From a virus (Duplodnaviria; Heunggongvirae; Uroviricota; Caudoviricetes): 64,000 nt of DNA. Numbering within the stretch: the stretch's first letter is position 1; every line of letters begins with the position of its first letter. Both the position numbers and the translations under genes were made by a program. A model generated the notes under the pieces. The model saw nothing but the letters and a program-made list of their open reading frames with translations, had not been told where the DNA came from and made no database searches. The DNA is taken from IMG/VR virus record IMGVR_UViG_2751185775_000001, positions 9,005-73,004 of that record. One strand, written 5' to 3'. Of the stretch, positions 9,540 through 18,592 are shown in pieces.

Positions 9540-10853
9540 ATGAAAAATAATTTATCCCGTTTAAAATCGACGTTAGACCAGATGAAAGAAGTCGGGACAA
9601 ACCAGAAAAAAGATATCATGTGCGGTTTCGATCCGGTGCTATGTGATTACATGGACTGCATTCTCAACCCGTTCAAGATGTTCGGCGTGAAGAAATACAA
9701 CACCCCGGATCCGCTGGCAGAAACCGCTGTTACAGATGATGATGTGTTTTCGCTGCTGAACAACCTGTGCAACCGTAACGTGACCGGTTCTGCTGCCATC
9801 CTGGCGGTAGAATCACTTCTGTCAAAAATGACCGCTGACGAGCAGGAAGTGTTTCGCCGCATTCTTCTGAAAACCACGAAAGCGGGTATTGGTATTTCAC
9901 TGTTTAACAAAGCGCAGCCTGACCGCCCTATCCCAAAATTTGAAGTTCAGCTTGCCACCAATTACCGCACGAAGGGCGATCTGAAACTGGACGTGGTAAA
10001 CAAACATGCCAGATTCCCTATGATGGCTCAGAAGAAGCTGGACGGGATGCGAATTATCGCCAAAGTGGATGGTGACGATGTGGAGTTTTTATCCCGTACC
10101 GGCAATCCTGTTACCACGCTGGATCACCTCAAAGAGCAATTAATCTCTCTGCGTGAGGCATCCGGCTATCCCGCTATCTATTTCGACGGTGAGGGCGTTG
10201 TGGGTACGTTTAACGGCACAGTGTCGGCGCTGCGTAAGAAAGGTGTCAAAGCGGTTGGCGCGGAGCTGTGGCTGTTTGACTGGTTCTTACCTGATTGGCA
10301 GGAACAGAGTAAAAATAAGGACTATGCGAAGACCGGTGTTAAACTGCGTGATCGCGTGAAAAGTCTGATTAGCTGGTTTAAATACAGCAATAACCTGACT
10401 GACGTGAAGCTGCTGCCGTTCAATTTTGTTCACAGTCACGACGAGTACGTGACACAGTTCAAAGCGCGGCTGGATGCGAACGAAGAAGGTGAAATGGCAA
10501 AAGACCTCGATGCGCCCTACTATTTTAAGCGGACACGCGGTTGGTGGAAGCTGAAAGACGAGAACGAGGCAGACGGTGAAATTATTGGCTTTAAGCCGGG
10601 TGATCCGGACAGTGAATTTAAGGACACACTGGGTTCTGTCACGGTTCGTCTGGAAAGTGGTGTAATTGTTGACGCTCTCGGTATTAAGCATCAGTATCTT
10701 GATGAGATCTGGAATAATCAGGACAAATATGCCGGTCGCATTGTTAAAGTCAATTTCCACGAATTTACGCCGGACGGCAGTTTACGTCACCCTCGCCTGA
10801 AATGGCCGTCATGTCTTCGCGACGACGACGACCGGATCGGCGATAAAGAATAG
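9540..10853 (+). CDS. ATP-dependent DNA ligase
   Basis: Motif I KLDGMR (KxDGxR); size and motif spacing as in phage ATP-dependent ligases. Confidence 0.75.
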   Translation: MKNNLSRLKSTLDQMKEVGTNQKKDIMCGFDPVLCDYMDCILNPFKMFGVKKYNTPDPLAETAVTDDDVFSLLNNLCNRNVTGSAAILAVESLLSKMTADEQEVFRRILLKTTKAGIGISLFNKAQPDRPIPKFEVQLATNYRTKGDLKLDVVNKHARFPMMAQKKLDGMRIIAKVDGDDVEFLSRTGNPVTTLDHLKEQLISLREASGYPAIYFDGEGVVGTFNGTVSALRKKGVKAVGAELWLFDWFLPDWQEQSKNKDYAKTGVKLRDRVKSLISWFKYSNNLTDVKLLPFNFVHSHDEYVTQFKARLDANEEGEMAKDLDAPYYFKRTRGWWKLKDENEADGEIIGFKPGDPDSEFKDTLGSVTVRLESGVIVDALGIKHQYLDEIWNNQDKYAGRIVKVNFHEFTPDGSLRHPRLKWPSCLRDDDDRIGDKE

Positions 10854-10864
10854 TTGATAAAACA

Positions 10865-10890
10865 GGTGGATACATATCCACCTGTTCATA
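10865..10890 (+). terminator. 12-bp perfect inverted repeat (aacaggtggata ca tatccacctgtt) after the ligase gene
   Basis: Perfect palindrome; no strong T-tail; could be a terminator or an operator. Confidence 0.4.
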
Positions 10891-10954
10891 ATGGAAAATA
10901 ATCTAATTCACAGGTAAACTAGCACCATATATTAATGAAATCACTAGGTTTACT

Positions 10955-11716
10955 ATGGCTTCCGGAAAGAAACTAAATTTAGGAAAACTTGGCGAAGATA
11001 CGTTTTCATTGTGGTGCACAGAAGCTGAATTAGTGTCAAACCGCTCCCATGATGAAGATGCTACCGGCTGGGATCACTTAGTTGAGTTTCCATATATCGA
11101 ATCAGATAAACCTAAAGATACCTGGGGTGCGCCAATTGAATGTAAAGTGCAGGTTAAATCAACACAACGAAAAGACCGGAGATTAAGTATTAAGTCTTCT
11201 GTACTAAAAAGGTTGATAGATTACAGTTATCCTGCATTTATTTTATTTCTAGAATTTGATAAACAAAATAAATTAGAAAATTCGTTTCTGGTTCACATAG
11301 ATAAAGAAATAACTGAGAAGGTTTTAAAAGAAATACGTAAAAATTCAATCAGCCAAACACAAAAAGATCTGCATAAGCTAAAAATATCAATACCCTATGA
11401 TGAGAGCAATGTATTAAATGAAAATAGCGGGGGTTGTTTAAAAAATACAATCTACAGCTTTATACCTAATTTGGATATAAATAAATACCAGAAAAATAAA
11501 AGAGAAATCATCAAAAATTCAGGGTATAGTGAATTTAACTTTCAGGTAAAATTTAGCGCCACGCCAAAAGACTTAAATAATTTAATTTTGCAGAATATTT
11601 TAAAAAAAAAGTGGCGAATTAAAAAGTCAATGATTTCACCGTATTTGAGAATAGATTTAATCTGCCTGATGGGGAGCAAATTTTACATAGCAGTCAACCC
11701 GGAAGTTTGCTTTTAA
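10955..11716 (+). CDS. PD-(D/E)xK nuclease-like protein (DUF4365-like N-terminus), low GC
   Basis: D-H-L…E-C-K spacing (WDHLVEF…PIECKVQVKS) resembles PD-(D/E)xK / DUF4365; about 30% GC. Confidence 0.4.
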   Translation: MASGKKLNLGKLGEDTFSLWCTEAELVSNRSHDEDATGWDHLVEFPYIESDKPKDTWGAPIECKVQVKSTQRKDRRLSIKSSVLKRLIDYSYPAFILFLEFDKQNKLENSFLVHIDKEITEKVLKEIRKNSISQTQKDLHKLKISIPYDESNVLNENSGGCLKNTIYSFIPNLDINKYQKNKREIIKNSGYSEFNFQVKFSATPKDLNNLILQNILKKKWRIKKSMISPYLRIDLICLMGSKFYIAVNPEVCF

Positions 11717-12477
11717 CCCCTAACATTATTGATAGATGTAATTTATATATAAAATCATCAGAACATGCACCAGCAATAATTTTTAAAGCAGAAGTGTTTT
11801 CATTGCCAAACATAACTGTTCAAGGTGGCGGTTTTTTAATATTCAGGAGCCATACTTTTTCATTAATTATGGACTTATATGATGATAAAAATAACAACAA
11901 TGACACATGCAAAATAAAATTAATTCAAGATCAATTTACAAGTGTATTGGATTTAGTTAAGACATTAAAATCATTACGACTATTGCACAATAATAAAGGT
12001 GTATTTTTAGGCGTGGATTTTAAAGGGTACTGGCAACTTACAATTAATTTCGTTAAATCCAATATTAATAGCCAGATATTCAATATCATTGAGCCACTTG
12101 AAAATATTATATATAAATTTGAACTTGGCTCAGAACATAAAACCACCTTCGATTATCTTGCAAGTGATTACAATACAATTATAGCCATATCCAAAATCAT
12201 TACTAATGATACAACTGATATGGTATTCACCGATAATTCAATAACAGATAAAGATGTCACTCATCTAGAGATACCATATTTCAGGTATATCGAATTAAAT
12301 AACATAATTGTTGGTGTGTCATGTTTTATACAAACAGAAAGAACCAGTGAAAGTAATTTCACTGTGACAGGTTTTACTGACGTAGATTGCTTTATGTTTT
12401 TAAATAAATCTGAACTTGATGGTTATATACAGGAATTGAACAATAACATCAAGAAAAATAGCAAAAAACATACCTGA
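11707..12477 (+). CDS. Hypothetical protein (low GC); TTG start overlapping the upstream stop, or ATG near 11869
   Basis: Frame 1 is open from 11623; first ATG is at MDLYDD; paired with the 10955 gene. Confidence 0.4.
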   Translation: MLLTPNIIDRCNLYIKSSEHAPAIIFKAEVFSLPNITVQGGGFLIFRSHTFSLIMDLYDDKNNNNDTCKIKLIQDQFTSVLDLVKTLKSLRLLHNNKGVFLGVDFKGYWQLTINFVKSNINSQIFNIIEPLENIIYKFELGSEHKTTFDYLASDYNTIIAISKIITNDTTDMVFTDNSITDKDVTHLEIPYFRYIELNNIIVGVSCFIQTERTSESNFTVTGFTDVDCFMFLNKSELDGYIQELNNNIKKNSKKHT

Positions 12478-12488
12478 GTGCGTCAGGT
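12466..12488. terminator. Bidirectional hairpin between convergent genes (catacctga gtgcg tcaggtatg)
   Basis: 9-bp perfect inverted repeat followed by tttt. Confidence 0.5.
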
Positions 12489-12497
12489 ATGTTTTCA

Positions 12498-13001
12498 TTA
12501 AATATATTCTAATTTAACATCATGCGGCCCACCTGATTTTAGCGCATTGATAAAACCGCTTGGCAAACTATTATTATTCCAACCTTGAATGGTGCCTTTA
12601 AAAACGTTGACTATAAATACTCCACTATGGCCAGCTAAAGTCACCTTAATATTTTGGTTTCTGGTTGGATTACCTAAATTTAAAAAGCCCTGATTTTGCG
12701 TCCACGTATCGTTAGTAACATGCAGCGCCGTTATCTCTTTCCCATCGAAGAATGCCGCACCAGTAAAGCTCCCAAAAGCGCCTTTTGCATACCCCCATCG
12801 TTCAGTGAAATATGCGCCCCAATCATCGTAGTCTGTCCATTCTGTATGACCCGGTTTTAGTTTGAACCCTGCCGATTTTCCGACAAAATGAGACATTTGA
12901 AAAACAGGCTTTAAACCTGCCTTTGCTCCCGCTGCCAGCATTGATCGCTCACCAAATTCAGCGACTACACTGCTACCAACATTACCTTTAACAACAGCCA
13001 T
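12498..13001 (-). CDS. Hypothetical Gly/aromatic-rich protein (167 aa) with a strong GGAGG RBS
   Basis: ATG at 13001 preceded by ggaggtaatc; the longer 13079 start is unlikely. Confidence 0.5.
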   Translation of the reverse strand: MAVVKGNVGSSVVAEFGERSMLAAGAKAGLKPVFQMSHFVGKSAGFKLKPGHTEWTDYDDWGAYFTERWGYAKGAFGSFTGAAFFDGKEITALHVTNDTWTQNQGFLNLGNPTRNQNIKVTLAGHSGVFIVNVFKGTIQGWNNNSLPSGFINALKSGGPHDVKLEYI

Positions 13002-13181
13002 GATTACCTCCTTGTAATAGAAATTATTATATATGTATCTGGTCAGATACAACAATGCTGCATCAACATATTGCAACAAATACCCTCAAAAAGAACAGCT
13101 GAAAATTCGACCAAAAAAAATGAGAATACCTGTATGAATGTGCTACTATATAAGTGAGACAAAGTTACACATGGGGGATTT

Positions 13182-13454
13182 ATGACTACTACACGTTTGC
13201 GTCAACAAGGCGGCGCGGTCGTTCTGACAATACCAAGCGATATAGCTGCACGGTTAGGCTGGGTTGTCGGGAAAACACTGGATATCAGAGAAGCCGGCGA
13301 TTCGATCAACATCAGCCCAAGCAAAAGAGCGGCAAGAGGCAGAAAATCCGTTTCATGGATTTTAGATGGCATAGATGAAAATGAGATTCAATCTTTTAAC
13401 GAGGGGATGGCTGATGAAATGGCCTCTCAACCTGTTGGTAATGAGGTTATTTGA
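13182..13454 (+). CDS. pemI: Type II antitoxin, PemI/MazE (AbrB/SpoVT fold)
   Basis: GGAVVLTIPSDIA swapped-hairpin motif; stop overlaps the toxin start (ATGA). Confidence 0.8.
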   Translation: MTTTRLRQQGGAVVLTIPSDIAARLGWVVGKTLDIREAGDSINISPSKRAARGRKSVSWILDGIDENEIQSFNEGMADEMASQPVGNEVI

Positions 13455-13825
13455 TGGTACGCAGGAAAAGCACACCGGCAAAAGGTGATATTTGGCATGT
13501 TAATGGTGATCCGGCCAGTGGCAAAGAGTTTAAAGGCCCTCATTACTATTTGGTCATTTCCGATCAGGGAATTAATCAGGCATTAGGGGTCGCCATTTGT
13601 CTTCCGATCACAAGCGGTGGCGGACTTGCCCGTTCTCAGTCCGTCACCGTCAGCATTGATGGCAGCAGTACCGATAAGGGGTTAGTGACCGGTGTCGTAT
13701 TGTGCTATCAGATCCGGACAATGGATTTAGCTGCACGCAAAGCCAGTTATCATTCAAAAGTCGCACCGGAAATAATGGATGAAGTGCTGGGAATCGTAGT
13801 TGATATCATCGATCCACAACCATAG
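13451..13825 (+). CDS. pemK: Type II toxin, PemK/MazF-family mRNA interferase
   Basis: KGDIWHVNGDPASGKEFKGPHYYLVIS matches the PemK/ChpB signature. Confidence 0.85.
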   Translation: MMVRRKSTPAKGDIWHVNGDPASGKEFKGPHYYLVISDQGINQALGVAICLPITSGGGLARSQSVTVSIDGSSTDKGLVTGVVLCYQIRTMDLAARKASYHSKVAPEIMDEVLGIVVDIIDPQP

Positions 13826-13860
13826 TCATAACCGCATTACTTTCCTTTAAAACACGCCCT

Positions 13861-13893
13861 TATGACTCCAGACTTGATAGGTCTGGAGTCATA
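13861..13893. repeat. 13-bp perfect inverted repeat (tatgactccagac ttgatag gtctggagtcata)
   Basis: Lies between the TA operon and the recombinase gene; candidate terminator or recombinase site. Confidence 0.45.
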
Positions 13894-13955
13894 GCAAAAA
13901 GTGGTCTATATTTAGCCTTATAGAATAATAATCAGAATCCATCATAAGGCTCACC

Positions 13956-15065
13956 ATGAAAAAGCAGGCTGCTTCCGAACCGTATGAGCTGACTGAGCAC
14001 GTCAGTAAATTGACGGCGGAATATGTAACAAGCATACGTATTTCATCACTTACCACATTAGAGGAAAAGATATTTGCTGATAGGAATGTCAGGAATATTT
14101 TCAACCTCTGGTTACGTGTTTCCTTATTCTTAACCCGCCGGCGACCGGAAATAGCTGTGTCCTCAATGCTGAATCACTTTCTTCCGGTTGTAGGTGATCT
14201 TCCTGTTGAAAAATGCTCTAAAATTACCTTGAACCATGTATTCAACAAACTACTCTCGGATGGTCATGTAAATGAAGCCAAACGGGTCTTTGCATTGTCA
14301 AAACAGTTCCTGACGTGGTGTGAGCATCAGGGCTACATCGAGAGCAATCCGCTGGCTTCTATGACACGTAAAGATGTCGGCGGTAAAACCCCTGAGCCAC
14401 GCGAACGTGCGCTGTCTGATGCTGAAATATGGTGTTTCTGGTATGGCCTGGATATGTGGGATTTCAGTGATCAAATCAGGTGGGGGTTACGGTTTTGTCT
14501 TCTTGCCGCACGTCGGCCAGATGAGGTATTCAGGGCAAGAAAACGTGAGTTTGATTTAGAGTCCGGTATCTGGCGGCAAGGAGACAGAAATAAATCTAGA
14601 CGTGAGCACTCACTACCTCTAAGCCCCTTAATGAAAGAGTGTGTCCGTAATCTATTCAGCGCAACACCTGACAGCGAATGGCTATGTCCGGCCAGACTGA
14701 GCCATGATATCCCGATATCAAAAGGTGCTCCGGCCCAGGCAATTCGCCGAATGATCCGGGACTACGCTGGGTTTGGCCTAGATGAGTTTACTCCCCGCGA
14801 TTTACGACGAACCGCGCGTACTAAACTGTCTGAGTTAGGTATGCAGAATGACGTTTCACGAAAGATAATGAATCATGCATTGGAGGGCATTGACCGTGTG
14901 TATGACAGGTACAGTTACTTCGATCACATGAGAGAGGCGTTAGATACGTATTCAAATGAAGTGAAAAGAATCATAGAAACTGATTCTTACCGGCAGTTAA
15001 TGCATGATTTTGAGGTCGGTGGATTGAGACTACCACCGACCTCAAAAGTATATTGCACTGGTTAG
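13956..15065 (+). CDS. int: Tyrosine recombinase / phage-type integrase
   Basis: C-terminal catalytic region …RDLRRTARTKLSELG…HALEG…YDRY (R-H-R-Y tetrad). Confidence 0.8.
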   Translation: MKKQAASEPYELTEHVSKLTAEYVTSIRISSLTTLEEKIFADRNVRNIFNLWLRVSLFLTRRRPEIAVSSMLNHFLPVVGDLPVEKCSKITLNHVFNKLLSDGHVNEAKRVFALSKQFLTWCEHQGYIESNPLASMTRKDVGGKTPEPRERALSDAEIWCFWYGLDMWDFSDQIRWGLRFCLLAARRPDEVFRARKREFDLESGIWRQGDRNKSRREHSLPLSPLMKECVRNLFSATPDSEWLCPARLSHDIPISKGAPAQAIRRMIRDYAGFGLDEFTPRDLRRTARTKLSELGMQNDVSRKIMNHALEGIDRVYDRYSYFDHMREALDTYSNEVKRIIETDSYRQLMHDFEVGGLRLPPTSKVYCTG

Positions 15066-15445
15066 TCTTGTGTCGCCTTTTTTATAAATTCATCGGCTCT
15101 GATCGCGGCGAGGTTTTTGTCATAATCATCGTCGCCTTTTTGCTTCCGGTAAGCCTCCAGAACCATTTTTTCATCTTCTGTAATTGGCTCTGCGTTCCGG
15201 GTATACATGGCGAAAATTTCAGGATACCGAACCTGCATAACAATACGGAATAAGGCCCCTTCATCAACATTCAACGCTTTAGCAAAATCAGGTATTTTAG
15301 CGACTGGAAAAAGCATTTTTCCGGATTTTAACATTGAAATATTATTATGCGCCGAATACCCGCATTCTTCCGCAATTTGACTTTGCGGCTTACCGCTGGC
15401 AAGAATAGCAGCGGTCAGAAAATCACCTATTCTGTTGTCTTTCAT
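15062..15445 (-). CDS. XRE-family HTH transcriptional regulator (repressor-like)
   Basis: HTH DFLTAAILASGKPQSQIAEECGYSAHNNISMLKSG; divergent from a small ORF across an operator-containing region. Confidence 0.7.
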   Translation of the reverse strand: MKDNRIGDFLTAAILASGKPQSQIAEECGYSAHNNISMLKSGKMLFPVAKIPDFAKALNVDEGALFRIVMQVRYPEIFAMYTRNAEPITEDEKMVLEAYRKQKGDDDYDKNLAAIRADEFIKKATQD

Positions 15446-15701
15446 TCAATTAGCCTTATCTGTTATTGAGAGTAGTGTCAAGCATCACTATTTTTTTATG
15501 TACTCAACTATACACGTCCACCAGTATATAAGTAAACACTTAGCTTAGACTCCCGCAAAGTCTAGGGTTGCCTCCAAATTCAAACATAAATATTTGTGAT
15601 AAGTAACACATTTCAAATCGTAATAAAAATTATTCACATATAAAAAAAACACAGGCTATAATCGGCTAACCAGATTTTCTATATAAAAAAAACAAGCTAA
15701 T

Positions 15702-15721
15702 ATATGTATTCGAATACATAT
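15702..15721. promoter_or_regulatory. 20-bp perfect palindrome atatgtattcgaatacatat (candidate operator)
   Basis: Perfect dyad in the divergent promoter region between the repressor and small ORF 15735. Confidence 0.45.
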
Positions 15722-15734
15722 TAATGAGGGTTAC

Positions 15735-15950
15735 ATGGCGTCTTTACTTATCTGTAATACTGAAATTAATGTAAATTGTTCTGTTTGCCTTACCGAAGAC
15801 GAGACATGTGCAATCTTGACTGACACAACATTAGACACCTCAGAAATTTCAAATACTGGCAGCATCATTATCCACAGCATAAAAAACAAACAACGCCTGT
15901 ACACGCTGACCGATACCGGAGCTGAAAGAGTGCTTTCACGCATTCTGTAG
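15735..15950 (+). CDS. Small protein (71 aa), possibly Cro-like regulator
   Basis: Good RBS (gaggg 6 nt upstream); divergent from the XRE repressor. Confidence 0.35.
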   Translation: MASLLICNTEINVNCSVCLTEDETCAILTDTTLDTSEISNTGSIIIHSIKNKQRLYTLTDTGAERVLSRIL

Positions 15951-15986
15951 TTGTACCTAGTAAATTTACCCATCATTAAAGCGTAA

Positions 15987-16012
15987 GGATTGACTGCCTG
16001 TACGCTTTTTTT
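15987..16012 (+). terminator. Putative terminator (aagcgta … tacgctt T9)
   Basis: 7-bp stem, long loop, T9 tail. Confidence 0.4.
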
Positions 16013-16056
16013 TATTGTTTCCACATCCCAAAATGCAGCAAAAAGGAAAATGAAAA

Positions 16057-17535
16057 ATGGCAATAAAACCAGGTATCAGAGATGAGGTGCTGTCGTTCCG
16101 CGAGTCGGTTCAGACAGTCGTGAGTCTGTTATCCTCAAAGAAAATCCGTGTCGTGGATTACGGTACGAAAGCATACTGCGCGTACAATAAAAAGACTGGT
16201 GAGCTGGAGTACATCAACATCCCGTCCATTCCTGACACAGCCTCGGATGCTCTGCTGAATGCTATCCGTGGTTTCATCGATCATGAAGTCGCACACGTCC
16301 TTTTCACCGATCAGTCCATCGCCAAACTGCTCGACGGCAAAAAAGCATTTCACGTTTGGAACGTGATTGAAGACACGTTTATCGAGCGTAAAATGGCGCT
16401 CATGTTTCCGGGTAGCCGGAAAAATCTGATTAAAACTCAACAGCATATTATCAATAGCTTTTTCGGGAAAAATATAAAAGACCTGATAAACGCTTGCGGA
16501 TCTGACACCCGTAAAATGTTCCTTGAAGTGTTCCTGATGCCGGTATCTCGCGCACTCTGCGGACATACGCCGTTTATCGATTTTATGGAGCCGTATTGGG
16601 ACTGGTTTGAGTCGGAAATGGCGATACTGGACTCATTTAATTACCGCGTTCGCATCAACCGTATTACCAAATCAGAGGGTGCGGCGAAGCTGGCGGCGGA
16701 TTTGATTAAAGCGTTCCGCGTAGCGGATGAAAAAGCGGCAGAAGAAAAGTCGAAAAAAGAGGACAAAGATAAACTACCTGACCCGTCTAAAAAGGCAAGC
16801 GAAGAAACGAAACCGGGTGATGAAGACGGTGAGTCGTCCGATAAGCCGGAACCTACTGATGAAAAGTCAGAGGATAAAGCTGAAAAAATAACTGAGGACG
16901 ACAAAGCCTCATATAAAGAAAAGGACGAACACGATAAGGTTTCTGATGATACGTATGATACGTCTTCAGATACCGATGATAATCCAGATAATATAGAAGA
17001 AGATACGCCGGAAACAGATGAATTTAGCAGTGACGAGCCTGACGAAACTCCGGAGCCTGATGGTGACGGTTTGCCAGACTTAACACCAGATCGGGAGTCA
17101 GAAGAAAAACCCGAATCAAAATCTGACGAGTTAGGTGAAAGTTCTGATGAAAAATCCAAAGCTGGAACTGATGAATTAAGCGGAGGTTCTGGTGGAGCTG
17201 GTAGTGGTGATACAGGTGAAGAACCGTCCCACCTCGATATCGGCGGCGATGAGGATCATGACGACCCCGCCGAAACACCACTTTCTGACAGTAAGTCCGA
17301 TCCTGACGGCGATGGCGAACCCGCTGATGATGGTGAATCCCTGTCTGAAAGTGACAAAAAAGAGCTTGAGTCCGACGACGCGCCGGAAACTCTGAGCACC
17401 GAAGACGCGGCAAACGATATGATTTCAGAAGAAATAAAGTCTGTCGGTGCGAGAACATACACGCCGCTCACACGATCTAATGACTTTATCGGGTTGTTAG
17501 AAAACGCTCATGCGTTTATCAAAAAAAACGCCTAA
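16057..17535 (+). CDS. CobT-like protein, N-terminal part with long acidic D/E/S/P-rich region; likely one gene with 17510..18421
   Basis: Acidic low-complexity middle region typical of CobT-like proteins; terminates in the A8 run 17521-17528. Confidence 0.55.
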   Translation: MAIKPGIRDEVLSFRESVQTVVSLLSSKKIRVVDYGTKAYCAYNKKTGELEYINIPSIPDTASDALLNAIRGFIDHEVAHVLFTDQSIAKLLDGKKAFHVWNVIEDTFIERKMALMFPGSRKNLIKTQQHIINSFFGKNIKDLINACGSDTRKMFLEVFLMPVSRALCGHTPFIDFMEPYWDWFESEMAILDSFNYRVRINRITKSEGAAKLAADLIKAFRVADEKAAEEKSKKEDKDKLPDPSKKASEETKPGDEDGESSDKPEPTDEKSEDKAEKITEDDKASYKEKDEHDKVSDDTYDTSSDTDDNPDNIEEDTPETDEFSSDEPDETPEPDGDGLPDLTPDRESEEKPESKSDELGESSDEKSKAGTDELSGGSGGAGSGDTGEEPSHLDIGGDEDHDDPAETPLSDSKSDPDGDGEPADDGESLSESDKKELESDDAPETLSTEDAANDMISEEIKSVGARTYTPLTRSNDFIGLLENAHAFIKKNA

Positions 17536-18421
17536 AGAACTTACAGACGGTGTTTTGTGGAATGTTGATTGCAAAGACTATGTTTTCAATGAGAAAAACG
17601 GATTGATGCTTTTCCGCCGTTATGTGGAGCCTCGCCTGTCCGCTAAATCTCAAACATTGTCAAAAGACCTCGAACGAGCCATTGCCAGTAAAAACCGTGT
17701 TCAGAAAGTAAATGGACTGAGACGCGGAAAAATTAACTCGTCCAGCCTTTGGAAAGTGGCTGTTCCGGCTATCAATGATGATCGCGTATTCTTTAAAAAG
17801 CATGATCACAAAGCGGTAAACGCAGCGGTACAGCTTGTTATCGACTTATCCGGCTCTATGGGTGGTTCCCGCATAGAAATTGCTGTAGCGGCGGCATACG
17901 TCCTGTCTGACGCGCTTGATAGAATCAAAATACCAAACATTATTACTGGATTCACAACTGCCGGTTGTATGGGTGTATCAAGCTCACGTTCAGCCAGTCG
18001 CATTGAACCTCTTTTTATGCCTACCCTGAAAAACTGGAATGAGAAAGCTAACTCAAGCACCTGCATGGCGCGTCTTGGATTATGCACCAATTCTATTCCA
18101 CTGGCGAACAACGCTGACGGCGAGTCTATTCTGGCGCTGGCGCACCACCACAACGGAAGAACCGAGGATAAACAGATCATGCTGGTATTGTCTGACGGAG
18201 CGCCATGTGCCGCCGGTAGAGGATTCTCCGGGCATCTTGTGGATGTGGTCGATTTTATCACCAACAAAACCGCTATCGATATTCTGGCGGTCGGTATTCA
18301 GAGCAGCGCACCGGCTCATTACTACAAACATCATACCGAAGTCGATTCCGTGGATGATTTGCCTAAGACTGTTATCTCCGCGATCCGCAATCTGCTACTG
18401 ACAGGAAAAGCCGGATTCTAG
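17510..18421 (+). CDS. von Willebrand factor A (VWA) domain protein, CobT-like C-terminal part
   Basis: MIDAS motif DLSGSMGG (DxSxS); overlaps the upstream ORF by 26 nt in the +1 frame. Confidence 0.6.
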   Translation: MRLSKKTPKELTDGVLWNVDCKDYVFNEKNGLMLFRRYVEPRLSAKSQTLSKDLERAIASKNRVQKVNGLRRGKINSSSLWKVAVPAINDDRVFFKKHDHKAVNAAVQLVIDLSGSMGGSRIEIAVAAAYVLSDALDRIKIPNIITGFTTAGCMGVSSSRSASRIEPLFMPTLKNWNEKANSSTCMARLGLCTNSIPLANNADGESILALAHHHNGRTEDKQIMLVLSDGAPCAAGRGFSGHLVDVVDFITNKTAIDILAVGIQSSAPAHYYKHHTEVDSVDDLPKTVISAIRNLLLTGKAGF

Positions 18422-18592
18422 CCGCGATGTAGAAAATCTCTAAGCCGTGCTTCTATAGTATTTATATAGATCTCTTACTAGGAACAACTTTAAAATGGTA
18501 TGTAGGTATTTGCTTACATACCTGATTTTTTATTGTAGTATTTCTATAAGTTTTAAACACACACACAATAATACAGATTAAGGTTAAAAAAA

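Noticed and set aside
11602-11610. A9 run inside gene 10955..11716 as a possible ninth frameshift site joining it to 11707..12477
   Set aside because: Removing one A leads to a stop within about 12 codons, and adding one A also hits a stop at 11620. The two ORFs therefore appear to be separate, translationally coupled genes.
16641-17471. Ser-rich minus-strand ORFs (16641..17159, 17024..17458, 17256..17471) within the CobT acidic region
   Set aside because: They are mirror images of the GA-rich codons of the acidic D/E/S repeat on the plus strand, not independent genes.
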